A stretch of DNA of 63,487 nt, filler included, from Perkinsus chesapeaki ATCC PRA-425 (lineage: Eukaryota; Protista; Perkinsozoa), in the NCBI GenBank assembly GCA_013115145.1. It is 7 parts of 7 records of this genome, joined end to end, with 100 filler letters (N's around TTAATTAATTAA, not from the genome) between each part and the next. Parts side by side here need not be neighbours in the genome. Positions count along the whole stretch, not along the records: positions 1 to 18,959 come from JAAPAO010000647.1; positions 19,060 to 39,776 come from JAAPAO010000612.1; 5 more parts are not named here. One strand, written 5' to 3'. A model generated the notes under the pieces. That model was not told the origin of the DNA and did no database searches. It saw only the letters and a program-made list of their open reading frames with translations. The translations under genes and the position numbers were made by a program. Shown here piece by piece: positions 12,601-29,342 of the stretch; within the stretch, counting starts at the first letter, position 1, and each line of letters opens with the position of its first letter.

Positions 12601-13362
12601 GAGCTTTACTGGAGAAGGAATATCCAAATCCTTTGGAGCAGGATAATCTGGACTAGTAACAAAAGCATACTAACAATCTGCCGACGCTCTCGGACTCTTT
12701 TGCTAAGCTGAACATGCCGATTGCTCATATTACTCCTCAATGAGGAGTCCCCATCAACGGTGGATGAGCTTGGCTCAGTTAGCGTTCCATCTTCTCTTCC
12801 CTCAGGGCTGGCAAAGGGAAAGGTCGTGGTAAAGGTAAAGGGAAAGGTCGTCATCACGATTCTGGTGGAGGATATCATAGATCAAGGTGGGTATGGGCGT
12901 ACTTGGCAATTTGCGTATACAAATCTCTAACCGCCTCTCCCTCTGAGTCTCTGGGCGACCGCACACATTTGCATATCAGCGCTTCGTAGTTTGTTCGGTT
13001 TTCTTACACGATTCTGTATCAGATACGGTGAAGGAGTTGATTACCATTCGAGCGCGACGCTTCGTGATCGATCGCCTCCGAGACATCAAGTTTCAGAAGC
13101 CACTAGAGTCAGGCAACAGGCCATCATAGGAAAGTATTCTGGTGTGGCCGAGACAGCTCAGAGTAAGCACCGCTGGGGGGCACTCTCACTTACGGAGTGT
13201 AGAGCATTTTTTCCTGTGGTCTTGAGACTCTGTCGGAGATTCAATAATATGTTTCGCAGGGAACTGCAGACCCTTAGTTTCATTCTATCGTTTGGCATCC
13301 TTTTTGTTGCTTCAGGGACCAGACAAGATTCCGAGCAGCCTGATGTCGGCCTTCTGGGGTGA
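6662..13362 (+). CDS. PRP38: PRP38-family pre-mRNA splicing factor (PRPF38B-like), many exons
   Basis: Exons 7797-7916, 8182-8228, 8268-8339, 8981-9094, 9141-9216, 9269-9337 and 10316-10380 splice in phase to TLQLTNTTTYNYPQMLHQQLAKSAYY...LDTPDAIIDEIKSRCKDAEPYAPGSHTVPSTMFCCLYRLF...PYVRCAGFLYVRF...LLDDEEF...ITMGEYVEKLLTEDRYYSVILPRIP, matching the PRP38B core. RS/RG-rich 3' exons follow; probable stop at 13362. Terminal exons are less certain. Confidence 0.85.
6792..7064. repeat. 39-bp minisatellite, 7 copies, inside PRP38 intron 6780-7114
   Basis: Unit TATATGCTCATACCGCTCCCTTCTATTGTTGACGTATTT with two interleaved variants. Confidence 0.95.
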
Positions 13363-14284
13363 CCACGTATACCTTGTTATTTTTCGAGGGCCCTAAGATG
13401 TACACTTAGTACGAGTTTGAGATCCTTGCGGAAATTACACATCTGCTTTTTGTTGGTCAATTAAAATACTGGTTTAGGTCACCTTCCGGCTTCAAGTTGA
13501 AGCCTTCAACGATTTTGTAACGATTTCACGATTTCAATTGTCGCCTTTCTTGGCGCTACCAATATGGGAAGTTAAATGGCATAAATTCTGTCATCGTTTG
13601 CTTTAGTGATTCATATCTTTTCACCGGCTAACAGTGTTGACAAATCTCGGAAATGGTCCTGCGGCTAGTTCTGCGTGATGACAAATAATTAATTATTCTG
13701 GCTTATTGACTTTCTTGATTATTTTTGTCTGAATATATTTTTTGGATACATGCATACCCTCATTTCATCGCATCATTAACGAGGATTCACTAGAGCTTGA
13801 TTCACTGCAGGGGTATGATGACTTGGAGTACAAAAGAGGCCTATGATCATCATAATGACTCATAAATGATGAGTGAAGAGTGCACTCTGCTATATCGAAT
13901 TGGTGTTTGGTTTATTCCGGTGATTAGTAGGAGTGGTTGAAATAATAGTAGCACGAACAAGATTGTTGCTCCCTCATCTAGGACATACTTGTATAGTGCA
14001 AGTTGTACTCCTTGACCTCCTTCCACGGAAGAGCCACTTCCTCACGAGCGTCTGCTGGATGCCACTTCAACAACACTGAAATATCTTGTGAGATGAAGCT
14101 TATGTGTAGCACAAGATAAAAACACGGAAGAACGTCCTCATAAACAACTAGAGCACTACTTCCTACACATATGGCAAGAATCTTTCTCATCTCTGGCGGG
14201 CGGGAACACCCGAGAAAAAAGTATAGCGTTATTATTCAAGATAGCATCCAGAATTGGTAGGCAGGTTTCCGCGGAAAAACGAGA

Positions 14285-14932
14285 TTATTTGGCGAACCAA
14301 ACGCAATCAATGGTAGCGCTGGCATCAAGAACACAGCGCATGCCTGTTGGACATTTCTTGAAATTCTGAAAGAGGACATCCTCCAAGTGATCAGACCATG
14401 GAAAATCTTACCGCACAACCCAACCTGCAGTAGCCATAACGATCACAATATTGATTGGCATTTCCGCTAGGGGGGCCCGGACAGTGGGACTTGTGTGAAC
14501 ATGGTTTAGTGCAGTAGCATGCTAGATCCCAGGTCACAAAGGCGTTCATTACCTGACGAGAAGGCTGCTCACTACATACGACAGGCTCTTACCGCGTCAC
14601 AGTATGGAATCCAACCGGGCTGACAAGTACAACCGTGTGTGACACCAAGGTGTCTACAGTGGCCAACTGGTTCGTCATAAGGAACTAAGAGCATGGGCTT
14701 AGACGACGTTGCTAAATACGGAAGGTGCTTGCGATTTTAGGGGGCAGATCTCCATACCTGTAGGCGCCTGAGTCGTGGTGGTCATATTGGTATCTCCGGG
14801 TCTTCTGTCTGAGTCCATCCTGAAAAACAGATACTTCGAGGCCTTCAACGAGGCATACTACTTATGCGTACGGATTCCCTCCAAAATACTCCCGAAGCTT
14901 CCTAAAATGTTGATGATGAGAATGATCCTCAT
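14285..14932 (-). CDS. Small secreted cysteine-rich protein (5 exons, 14 Cys)
   Basis: Spliced translation: MRIILIINILGSFGSILEGIRTHK | MDSDRRPGDTNMTTTTQAPT | VPYDEPVGHCRHLGVTHGCTCQPGWIPYCDA | VMNAFVTWDLACYCTKPCSHKSHCPGPPSGNANQYCDRYGYCRLGCA | NFKKCPTGMRCVLDASATIDCVWFAK*. All introns are GT-AG and in phase. Absent from the ORF track. Confidence 0.8.
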
Positions 14933-17209
14933 AGTATACGACATACAACTATATCAGCCGACATGAATGTATACGACCAAACGAGATAGTTAAATAATGG
15001 TTAATTATTGATTATCACTGACAACTACTGATAGTCAATGTCGCTGACAAGAACGAAGCAAAAGAGCACAAGGTTACACAGTGTAATACATACTGTGCCA
15101 CTAACACTGAAGGTGCATGAATAATAGCGTGATGCTAAAATAACGATCCAAGCTGGAAATGCTGACGTTGGAAATTCTAATTTGGAATAGCTTGCACGTG
15201 AGTAATACTCACTGAGTACACGAAAAAGTACAGAAGGGGCTTCAGCTGACCGATCGCTCCTGTGACTTCGGAGATGTCACAGACTGAAGCGTGCACATTG
15301 CTCAATGCGCAGTGTATTTGCTGGTGTTGCCGTCGTTGGTCCGGACTGCCCACAGATTAACCTACAAGTTTATCAAGCATGGTGATCTTCGGAGTTCGAG
15401 GGGCAGTCTTGGGTGGAGACAATGGAAGGGTTTGCACTTGGTGAAACAGTATTGAGTGAGTCACGCCGCGACTGTCACGGTTAGGGCATTTGATCCCAAG
15501 GTTGGGTTCCCACCTTGAGCGCTCCTCAAGAACCAGCTTAGCAGCAATAAAGTATATGATAACGCAGCAGCGACAGTCCCTCAGCGTGGTACGGGATTAT
15601 TAACACCGAACACGCAATTAACACTCGTACTATTGTTAATCAATAGCGACTCCAGACACCCAAGGCCCTTGGGTCAAGGGATGATCCCGACCGAGCGCAC
15701 AGGCTCTTTTCAACGATTGTCGATGCTTATCGACTGTGGCAGTGGTGACCAGTGCCACTGGACTCCAGTGACTGGAGTGATAGCCTCATGTTATTTTAAA
15801 ACCCTCTCGGTGAAGTTCAAATATCGATGAACCGATCATAACCGGCCAGGAAAGTTAACAGAGTAAGTTCCTCTGTGCAACTCTTACTACGGGTTGCACT
15901 GCCGCAGACATGATTATCAGAGAAACGTGTTGCTGGGGAAAGTTGGTCGGCTCAGAAGTCTGTCTTAGTATTTTATCCGTAAAGTCAGTCTTCTTGAGTG
16001 AAGCAAGACTCGGTAAACTGTGCAGATTTGTCTCTATGATTGGTCTGGTATAGAGTATCATTTAATATCTCTGCATCATCACCCTTGGCCTTTACTCATA
16101 TTTCTGGTATTACAGCTAGTATCATACTGTTTCCGAAACATACTACTAACATGTAGGCACTATTTTGCACTTGCAGTATACCTTACTCTATACTTACTTA
16201 TTCTCAACTAGTCCAGCCACACCAACGTGCCACTGCTTGTTGTAGTCCATGACCTGTGACATCGCCACCTGAGGTGACACAACTAGTGTCACCAATGAAC
16301 ACTAATGCTCCCGGCCTTCACGGCGACGGCTACTAGCTCATCTTGCTTCATTTTTCTGAATTGCAGTAACGCATATCCTCCCACCTGCGAATGGCTGATC
16401 GATGCGAATTTATACTCAAAATTGAAGACCCGTATGATGCAGATACTTTGCTTATCGGATGCCAGTCGCATTCTCCGTCTCACCCTAGACCGGGTATGAT
16501 CATAGAGGAAGGTTCTCTTTGTTCGTTGATTGAAGTATGGCTATGTTCTGAGAGATGTATATTGTGAGGCAATTGCTGCACCAGAATAGTGCTGCCGCCG
16601 TTCCCAAGCTTGAAACATAACATCTAAGCCAAGTAATTCGGGATACCAACCTGTCGATGGTGAAGGTCTGGTGACGGGGCTCGCGTGACAGCCGTAATTC
16701 CGATTCATAAAAATGCACAAGTAAAATCTGTGGACTACGGAGTCCGTAGTACGGACCGTAGGACACCGTCCTATCATTCCATAGTGACCGGTTTTCATTA
16801 CATACAAACAATATCTAAAAAGGATAACTATCTCGAATCATGATGCCTGAAACATCAGTCTAAGAGGAGTTTCAATCCTGGAACCACGGTAGGACCGACA
16901 GGGTCGGTTAATGTATGAAAATGGTGCTCATGCACATACTGGGCTGGTATAACCAGCCTTTCCGATCTTCCTTCTATCGGGGTGCTTGCCTAGCCCAAGC
17001 TTCCTGCTATTCAGAGTGCAGCTTACGCTACACGCAGTTTATACTGTATTAACTTTCTACTCTACATTAATACCAACCTGCGGTAGCATCATGCTGTGTG
17101 ACTCGCTAGCAGTAAGCCACTCTTTTAGTTTCCGTGTTAGGTGGTTTGTACTGAAAACCGTAAAAGCTTTTCACGGAGTTCATAGCACGTAAGTCAAGAA
17201 TTCTAGGCC

Positions 17210-18165
17210 TTGCGTTCAGAGTGCACCGCTCATAAAAGAGCTAAGTGCAAGTGCACACCCGAATGCGGGCTGGATAAAGCCCTGGACAACTCCACTCGTC
17301 GCAGGGAGCATGTCCGGTTTGATCACTGGGCAGAGTTGGGCCTACCACCACCCACTCCGGAGAAGCGTCGAAAACGCCGAAGATCTTCTGTAGTAACGCC
17401 ATTGGTGTTACACCAAGTTGGTGTCACCAACAGCAAGCTCTGACCTCGAAGATTATCTATGGCAACCTCAACAACTAGCATGTACGGTGATCCTCCTCTA
17501 GAAGCTATTCCTAAAATTTCGGACTTCTTCCTGAAGGTTCAAGCCGGGTATGTAAACACGACCATGAGAAATAACACTGCTCTTAACGAATACTCGATCG
17601 CGCTGATCGACAACAGGTAAAACATCAGTGTGAAACTCGTACACTCTTATAGTGATAGGAATAGTAGTTACAACTCCTGAGTAGTCGCCTGCTTCAGGAG
17701 AAAGAAGAGCATAGGTCGGAAGGAATGGATCCCGTATTTCCATCCTAGGAACTGGGTATCTGATTACTAGGAACGAGTGCGAGGAATCCCTGCCATACGA
17801 GCTCAGCTTGCAGAATTTACCGTCAAAGTTCCCCAAGTATCCTGGGAAGAGGGGCTTGACTCCATTATGGATTAGCTAAAAAGAAAGGGTATTTCATATC
17901 CTGTATGAGATACTGCAAATTGACGTTTCTAGCAGGTCGTCAAGGAATAATCCCAGAGGCAAATCTCTGTAACATGAGACCTGACGAATACCGGCAATTG
18001 TTGAGAGACGAATCTGCACTAACAGAGTACCTTTACCTGGGTTCAGTTCACCCAGCTTCCAGCGCATGTCAAGAGAGGATATTTTCGTCTGCGAAATTTG
18101 TGTCGAAGTAGGTCCCGAAAATCCTTAATCCAAAGAAACTGTCCGCCCTAGTAGTCTAAAACGTG
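17210..18165 (+). pseudogene. Decayed hAT-superfamily transposase
   Basis: BED-finger-like CTPECG...RRREHVRFDH near 17250-17330; loose TRWNS-like HPRNWVSDY*ER near 17750; C-terminal dimerisation motif YLGSVHPASSACQERIFSSAKFVSK*VPKILNPKKLSALVV*N. Broken by stops and frameshifts. Confidence 0.55.
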
Positions 18166-18959
18166 CGTGAAATATGTACGTCGCCGGATATATTTATTGT
18201 TTACCTGATTTTCACTAATAATTTCCTCAGGGCCATCGACTTATTTAGGTGTGACTAATTTATCACAAGAGATCTAGCTTAGTACGATAATTTTCATGTG
18301 GATTAGACGGCATTTCAATTCTAAAAAGATTATTATATTGATCTTCAATAACTGAGGGTACTGAAAAGTCTAGAAGTAATCGAGTTGATCTAATTACGGC
18401 TGATACAGGAATCATTGGTTACAACTCCGGAGACAACGGTCCCCGTGGGCTGTACAACTTTTCTCGCCGACTCGTTTGCAGTGCACCGATTCGTTCTAGA
18501 CTCCGCATGCTTGGTCACTATGAAGCATCATTACCGATGGAGATTCCCACGGCCTACTCAAGCGGCTCCCTCACCTTGGAAGGATTTTTGATGCTGCTAA
18601 AGCTATGGCACTTTAAATTCTTGACTAAAACATCCCTCTGTCAGCCTGGCTGACTCAGTCAAACAGGGCCGGTAGAGTGACTCTACTACTGTAGAGTCAC
18701 AGAAAGGAATTGCTGCAATTCGGCGAATTGAATTCGCTAGCTCACAGGAAATCTGTGCGAGTTTGCGATTTTTCGAATTCCTCCTGCGAGTTTGCCCTGC
18801 GAAAATTCCTTGCGAAAATCTCACCGTGAGCATGCGAGGTGAAATCCCATTGAACACGGGAGTGCGGGAGGAATATTCAGACCCGAAACCCGAACACACT
18901 CCAAAGTTGAGCGGGAAGAGGTTTCGGTTTGGGTATCCATGTCAAAGCAGCAAGTGACC

Positions 18960-19059
18960 NNNNNNNNNNNNNNNNNNNNNNNNNNNNNNNNNNNNNNNNN
19001 NNNTTAATTAATTAANNNNNNNNNNNNNNNNNNNNNNNNNNNNNNNNNNNNNNNNNNNN
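18960..19059. other. Artificial contig linker
   Basis: 44 N + TTAATTAATTAA (stop codons in all six frames) + 44 N. Confidence 0.97.
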
Positions 19060-19131
19060 TAATGCTGTTCCTCCCCCTCCTGCTAATGCTGTTCCTCCCC
19101 CTCCTGCTAATGCTGTTCCTCCCCCTCCTGC
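19060..19131 (+). repeat. 24-bp coding tandem repeat x3 (NAVPPPPA) at the MULE N-terminus
   Basis: TAATGCTGTTCCTCCCCCTCCTGC repeated exactly three times at the contig start, in frame with the transposase. Confidence 0.9.
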
Positions 19132-21358
19132 TCGTCGCGGTCAGCCGCATGACCTAAGCCCTCATATCGAACGACTTCAGCTTGTCCTCTCAACGACCAC
19201 ACGTGCGAATACCTCGTTCTGGTACCAAGGACGCCAGTACAGCTTCGTCCGTGCCGGTGCGACATCGGATAGATATCGATGCCTCAATGGCCCTCGAGGT
19301 TCTAGATGCAGCGCATCGATGACCTTGTATCACGATGGTCTAAATTCAAGGATATCCAGAGAGGAAGAGCATGTCCCAGGGTGTGTTCCTACGCCTCAGC
19401 AGCAGGAGTTGGAGTTAGCAGCCAGGAGAGCCCGAGAGCAGTTCGAAGCAGGCCAAAACCCAAATGTGCGAACGATCTTGAACGAAGGGGAAAATACGTA
19501 GGTATCTGATTAGAATACAAGTTATATCATGCAACCATTATAGTTAAGACCGTTCTGTATTTCTTGTGCGTATCAGAGCGAAGGATTTTTCCCTCAATTC
19601 TCGCGAATTAAATTGTATATTTAAATTTTAAATACATTTATTAATGATTCATTGTTGATTAGCAATTCGATAAATTTCATTCAAATAATTTTATTTTTGT
19701 TCATTATATTTCTAAATATTCATGATATTTGATTCAGGTATACCACGGTGAGAGACGAAGATAGGCTCCGAAATCGACTCTACCATTGGCGACAGAATTC
19801 CAATCAGGCCATACCATCGGGTCCAACAAACTCGCCAGAGTTCCGGCAACGAACTCACGAGAACATTGAGAATCTGAGCCAGATGACAAGGGCTAATGGT
19901 GCCGGAGAAGCTTTCCTACGGTTCAACGATGTTGATGACCACATGGCTGTCTGGGCGGCCACTGAGTGCCTCACACGCCTCGAGTCCGCTGATATGCTCT
20001 TCATAGATGGGACCTTCCGGATCACTCCTCCTGGCTTCTACCAGACCTTAACAGTCACCGCCTCCCTGGGAACCCAGTTCGTCCCCGTGGCTTGGGCTCT
20101 CTTACCGAATGTTACGGAGGGTACCTACAGGATGGCTCTCAGGGAACTCAAGAGAGCGGTCACGCTTGAAACGGGGCACTGCAATATTACTGCAGTGATG
20201 GCCGACTTTGAAACGGCCCTCCGGAGAGCAATAACCTCGGTGTTCGGAATAAATGCATCCTCATTAAGGGGTTGTATTTTTCACGCACACCGAGCGTGGT
20301 ATAGGAGGCTGATCGAGCTAGGCCTTGGTCCAGCGTACAGGGAAATTGTTCCGCGAGGGCAACCCCACTCTTTCCTGAATACCTGGTTGCATTGTACATT
20401 TGGCCTATGCTGTCTCCCTTCCGACGAGGTATCAGCTGCTTGGGATGCACTGGTAGCTCTCTTACCTAATGATCAGCGCGTCGCAGATTTCCGAGCCTAT
20501 ATGGAACGCAATTGGGTTCGTCATGGTAAGCTTTTTCGTACTTTTTATACAATTTTGGATTATTTTTGCTTTCGTACGTTAGATACAATTTTGGTCATCA
20601 AATCGTGAAAATGCAAGTCACAAGAATTAAATTAGATTCGTTTCGCTTCCTACTTTTTTTTTGATAAAAAAGTTCAAATTCGTTGTTAGAAATTATATTT
20701 CCATGCAACAATTTTTGTCTTATTCGCATTCAACTATTGGTAATATTCCTTACAGTGGAGATTATTGTGAAATCCTAGTAGAAAATGTCACTGACACATT
20801 GAAATTTACTTCATCGTATATTATTTTTATTTCTATAAATTTATAGATAAGTTTATAAATTATAAATTTAATGTATACATTGAATTCGTTAAGTTCCTAC
20901 TTAATCCTATTCCTGTATACTCTGTTAAAAATGATACACAAAGTTGATATTCATGCAAAGTTAGCATTGCCAATACCCATTGTTCTCGTCTCTATTACAT
21001 TGCCTGCATTTCAGATTCGGTGTGGCCACCAGTCCACTGGGCGGCAGTAGCTGGTGAACGCCATCGAACAAACAATGCTGCTGAAGCTCTACATAGCTCG
21101 TTGAAAGATCATTTTATAAGAGGAAGATCGGAAAGACCTGGGAACATCAACATCTTTATTGAGAGGCTCCAATCCTTCCACCAGTCTGTCCGGCGAAAAC
21201 TAAGGTCAACCGAAGAAGCAGTAAGTCGACGAGCGGTGGATAAGGAGCGTGCCCGAGTCGAAATCACAGACCGGTACCGCAGAGGGGCAATAAACTTGAT
21301 AGAGTTTTTAGAAGAAAACGGGAGGCTGAACACATTCCCCAGGAATATAATTGACTAG
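19061..21358 (+). mobile_element. Mutator-like (MULE) transposase, two introns, 5' end cut by contig edge
   Basis: Exons 19061-19497, 19738-20525 and 21015-21358 join in phase. FLYWCH/WRKY-like finger (FWYQGRQY...YRC...CSAS...H), then DDE core LFIDGTF, MADFE, GCIFH, HRTNNAAE. No internal stops after splicing. Confidence 0.9.
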
Positions 21359-22189
21359 CTTCCTAAAGATGTAATCTCATCAATTAAACTACAATTGAAA
21401 GTTTCATAATATAGCTGCCAAGGTGTCGAGTTCTTGCGAGTCAATCACGATTTTTTGGCCGCCGTAAGCTATAGATCATGAGGGCGAGCGAGGACCAACC
21501 CGGCGGAGCGAAACGTATCGCGTAACCCCTTTCTGAGATGGGGTGTCTAGTTGAGGTTAAACTTTGGGTCTCGCCAACCTTGTAGTCGAGATTAGTATGT
21601 ATCACTCATTTTGACAATAAGTAATCCAAATTGTCAGATGTATTATTTAGGACAATATGAAACTGTCCAAACACATTTCTCATTAGTAACAAACGAAAAT
21701 TGCCAACCGGTTTCCACTAATCGTTGACGTAATAGTAAAGTGGACAGCATAATTTTTGGTGTACATTGTCGGGTTTACTAAACTGCATATACATATAGAT
21801 ATTGACCTACAGTGCCCAGATTAGTGTTAATTCTAGATAGGACAACATTGACTAGGTTGACCAGGTTAGGGGTCCCGTGTTCATTTCGCGTTGTTCAAAA
21901 AAATAGGTCGGCGGTAGGTGTGATCTTCCTTGTCGACCAGTGAACGGATGGACTGATAAGTTAAAGTAACTTGGCAGGTGGGGAACATCAGGAATTGGTA
22001 TTATGGTCCAACATCAACACTATAGACGATCAGTTATAACAACTAGAGGACTTACAACTAGCAGTTGTACGGGCATTCCTAGTACACAGTGGTGGAGTGC
22101 CGCACCGCTGGTTCTAACCCGTGAGAGCTCTTGAGAAACTTTAAGGGAAGACCGACCGTAAATCAGTTGACTAATTACACTCAATTTCT

Positions 22190-23290
22190 ATGGAACAGTC
22201 TAGTCGCCGATTCACTGAGGGGAGCCCGGCGGCCGCACATAAGAAGCCACAACAGAAAGTAGACATGGCGGAAACGAATATGATGCAGGTCGGTCAGAGC
22301 ACAGATGGCCGTAGTCCAATACTGTCGTATATGACCAAAGGAAATGGAGTGGGGAGATCGCGCTCTACAGGAGCCCTCCCTAGAGGTCAGCAAACGGCGA
22401 TTTAATGAGGCGGAAATATGGCTCTATTAGGCACTATGGAGCAGAGCTTGGATATTGGACAGCATTGCACTGGAACAGGAAAACATAGTACTCCAATGGC
22501 GCTTCGTCCAGGCAATTTTTTACAAGGTCCGCAGTCTATTGCCGAGGAAATGGACACGCTACTAGAACTGCCTCTGACTCCGTTCAAGATCAAGCTTATC
22601 CATAGGAGGCTCAACACTGTTGTGAGTCTAATTACCAAATTTGAGGTGAGGAGGGAACGCTTTGGGGTCTCGATGGTATCATTGTCGGCAGTCTCGCGCC
22701 CGAGAAGGGGCTCGGCTGGAGCGGGAAGTTACCACATTACGCAAGAGGCTGGATGCAGAGACAGCACGGCGACTACAGCTGGAGAGTGCTAATGACAAAC
22801 TTCAAGAACAGGTGAGCGCTTGTAGAGACATGGCTAAGCAGAGCTGCTTCAGTTGGATGACCTTGCACGGGCTTTATCGGAGAGGGTCTCCAACCTAGAG
22901 CAGTATGAAGAGGCAGCGCATCTAGCACTGCGGACGAGGAGTAGTTTAACATACGAACTCGAAGAAAAACGACGAGGTCTTCTGGACCAAGAGGATAAGG
23001 TATGCCAGGCGGAGTGGTGGGAAGTAAACGCGAAGCTTTCCAGTTGCGCTCGTCGGTCCGGCTAGCTGGTCAGTTAGAAAAGGAACTGGATGAGTTGCGA
23101 AAGGAAGAAGGTATTGTTGACGCCGAAACGGTGACGCCGAAATTTGACAAAAGGAGGCGGACCAGTGCGGCGATCAGGCTAAGGTGGGCGAGAACCCTCT
23201 GGACTTAAAAGATGCTTTTGAGGCTTAGGGAGGAGAATCAACGAAAAGAGAGGCTGTCAATCCTTGAGCACAAAGCTAGCGATGACAGTG
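22190..23290 (+). pseudogene. Decayed coiled-coil ORF (gag/ORF1-like), fragmented by frameshifts
   Basis: Consecutive overlapping + ORFs in alternating frames (22190, 22418, 22662, 22853, 23002) read as one heptad-rich protein (LEREVTTLRKRLDAETARRLQLE; LSERVSNLEQYE; LAGQLEKELDELRKEE). Confidence 0.45.
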
Positions 23291-25033
23291 AACCATCGAA
23301 CGCCGGTGTGGAAGCCTCGTGCACGTCTGACGGTGCAAGTGAACTACGACAGGGCACAGTGTAAGCCGATCTGGAACGCCGGTCTCGAAATGCGCGATTG
23401 CCTTTTGTTTAGGGCGGCTTCTGCTCCGATGCCGGCATCAATAGTCCCTAGTCGAGACCCTTTGTTTGGCGCTACATCTATGTCGAGAGCTCTACCAATG
23501 ACGATTCAGTCGGGTGTTTACCAATTCCTACCATACAGATTAACATGAATTACATTGTCTACCGTGTCGGTAAAGTCAAATTCTTTTGTTGCCGAGTTCT
23601 GGACTGGTGATACTTCGCTCGAAAGCGATGATCAAAGTTTCGAAGCTTGAAGAGCCACCGTGTTTTCGAGTTCGTTTATAACTTGGTGACGTTGTAGGCA
23701 ATACTGTATGTTATTCACAATACTAAACACAATACCATACGGCCATATAGGGAATGGATAGACTCATGATAATGAGTCTATCGGAATCCCTTAGGCCTGG
23801 ATGGGCATAACCATTTCAAGTGTCAACTGAGATCGCGGGAGTGAGAACCAGTAACGAGCTAGGCAGATTAACGGATCTCAAGCTTGCGGTACGCAGGTAC
23901 GCATGCTCACAAGAATGCCAACTAATCATGTCACAAACTCGGGTCATTGTGGCCGATGCGCAAACAGCTATTTTAGGCTTCTACGCTGATGAACCGTAAT
24001 AACATGTCCTGGGCAAAGGTCAACCTGTATAAAAGAATAATACAACCTCAGCTCTAGTGTTTAAGAGTCTTATAAAGGCGTGGTGCAGATGAAGAATAAC
24101 CGAGACTTAGGCTTTCACTCGACATTGACAGTGACGGTCGGCAAGTCTGTCATCAGTCATCAATGTCCTATCGCATTGGTGTCGAACTAACTCTACTTTG
24201 ACGTATGTAGCGGTGCTCCACTTAAGACAGAGAGAATGTTCCATTCTCTTATCCATTCTGAATGGATAAGCTTGCTATGTTGAGCTGACATGTTATCAGA
24301 TCCGATGAAGGATAAACTAGTTAGATTCCCACATCGATAAACCTGTCACCGATAACTGAAAGTCTTTCGCATTATTGTTCAGTGTAGTTTTCTCGAACAC
24401 CTTCGATTGTAGCTTGGCAAGCGCAGGTGATCATACATTTCTTCACCTGCCGAGAACTGCGTGACTCGTCAAGTTGCCGAAATGGCCGATCGGTGGAAAC
24501 TATTAGCTCGTATCCGGCAAGTCCACCACAACGGATGTTCTCTTCTTCAGCGGTCTCACGCATACGAGCCTCATCCATTACCAATGGTGGCTTGCCAAGG
24601 TATCCATCTACCACAGAATGGTTGTCTTGCCATTAGCAACTTTGTTATACAATGTATCAATCAGTCTGTATGCCACATCCCCAAGTCTTGAGTGCATCAG
24701 GGACAGAGCATGTTCTTGTTTCCCCCTTACACGCGCGTATCAGAGTCGGATAACGATTACCGTTACGTTGAATGACTATGGGCTTCGAGATCGCGGCACA
24801 TTTCCATTAGTTCCGGCGATACAGGAACCCATCATAATAGATCTTTTCCGTGGCCGTTACTCGACACAGAGCTCAATGCCCACACCAAAGGCAAAAGATT
24901 CGTCGACATTCGTATATCGGTCTGGCAGGTTATCGCACTTTACTAGATAACAACGCAACACCTCACATCTGCACGAATTTAGTGCTTCCAGCCATGCAGT
25001 TGCAAACCCTCTCGAAACGCTTGTCGACTCACC

Positions 25034-29227
<4,194 letters not shown>

Positions 29228-29342
29228 TGTTACAACAAGATCGATACCAAACCTTCTTCATATCCTACTATGACATACTTGAAAACGCAAGCTTGTCTCT
29301 TTGAAGGGTAGAATCCCTCAACTTATCACGCACACTGTGTAT

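Noticed and set aside
15473-15575. Possible solo LTR (TGTCAC...AATAAA...GCGACA)
   Set aside because: No target-site duplication and no second copy in the window.
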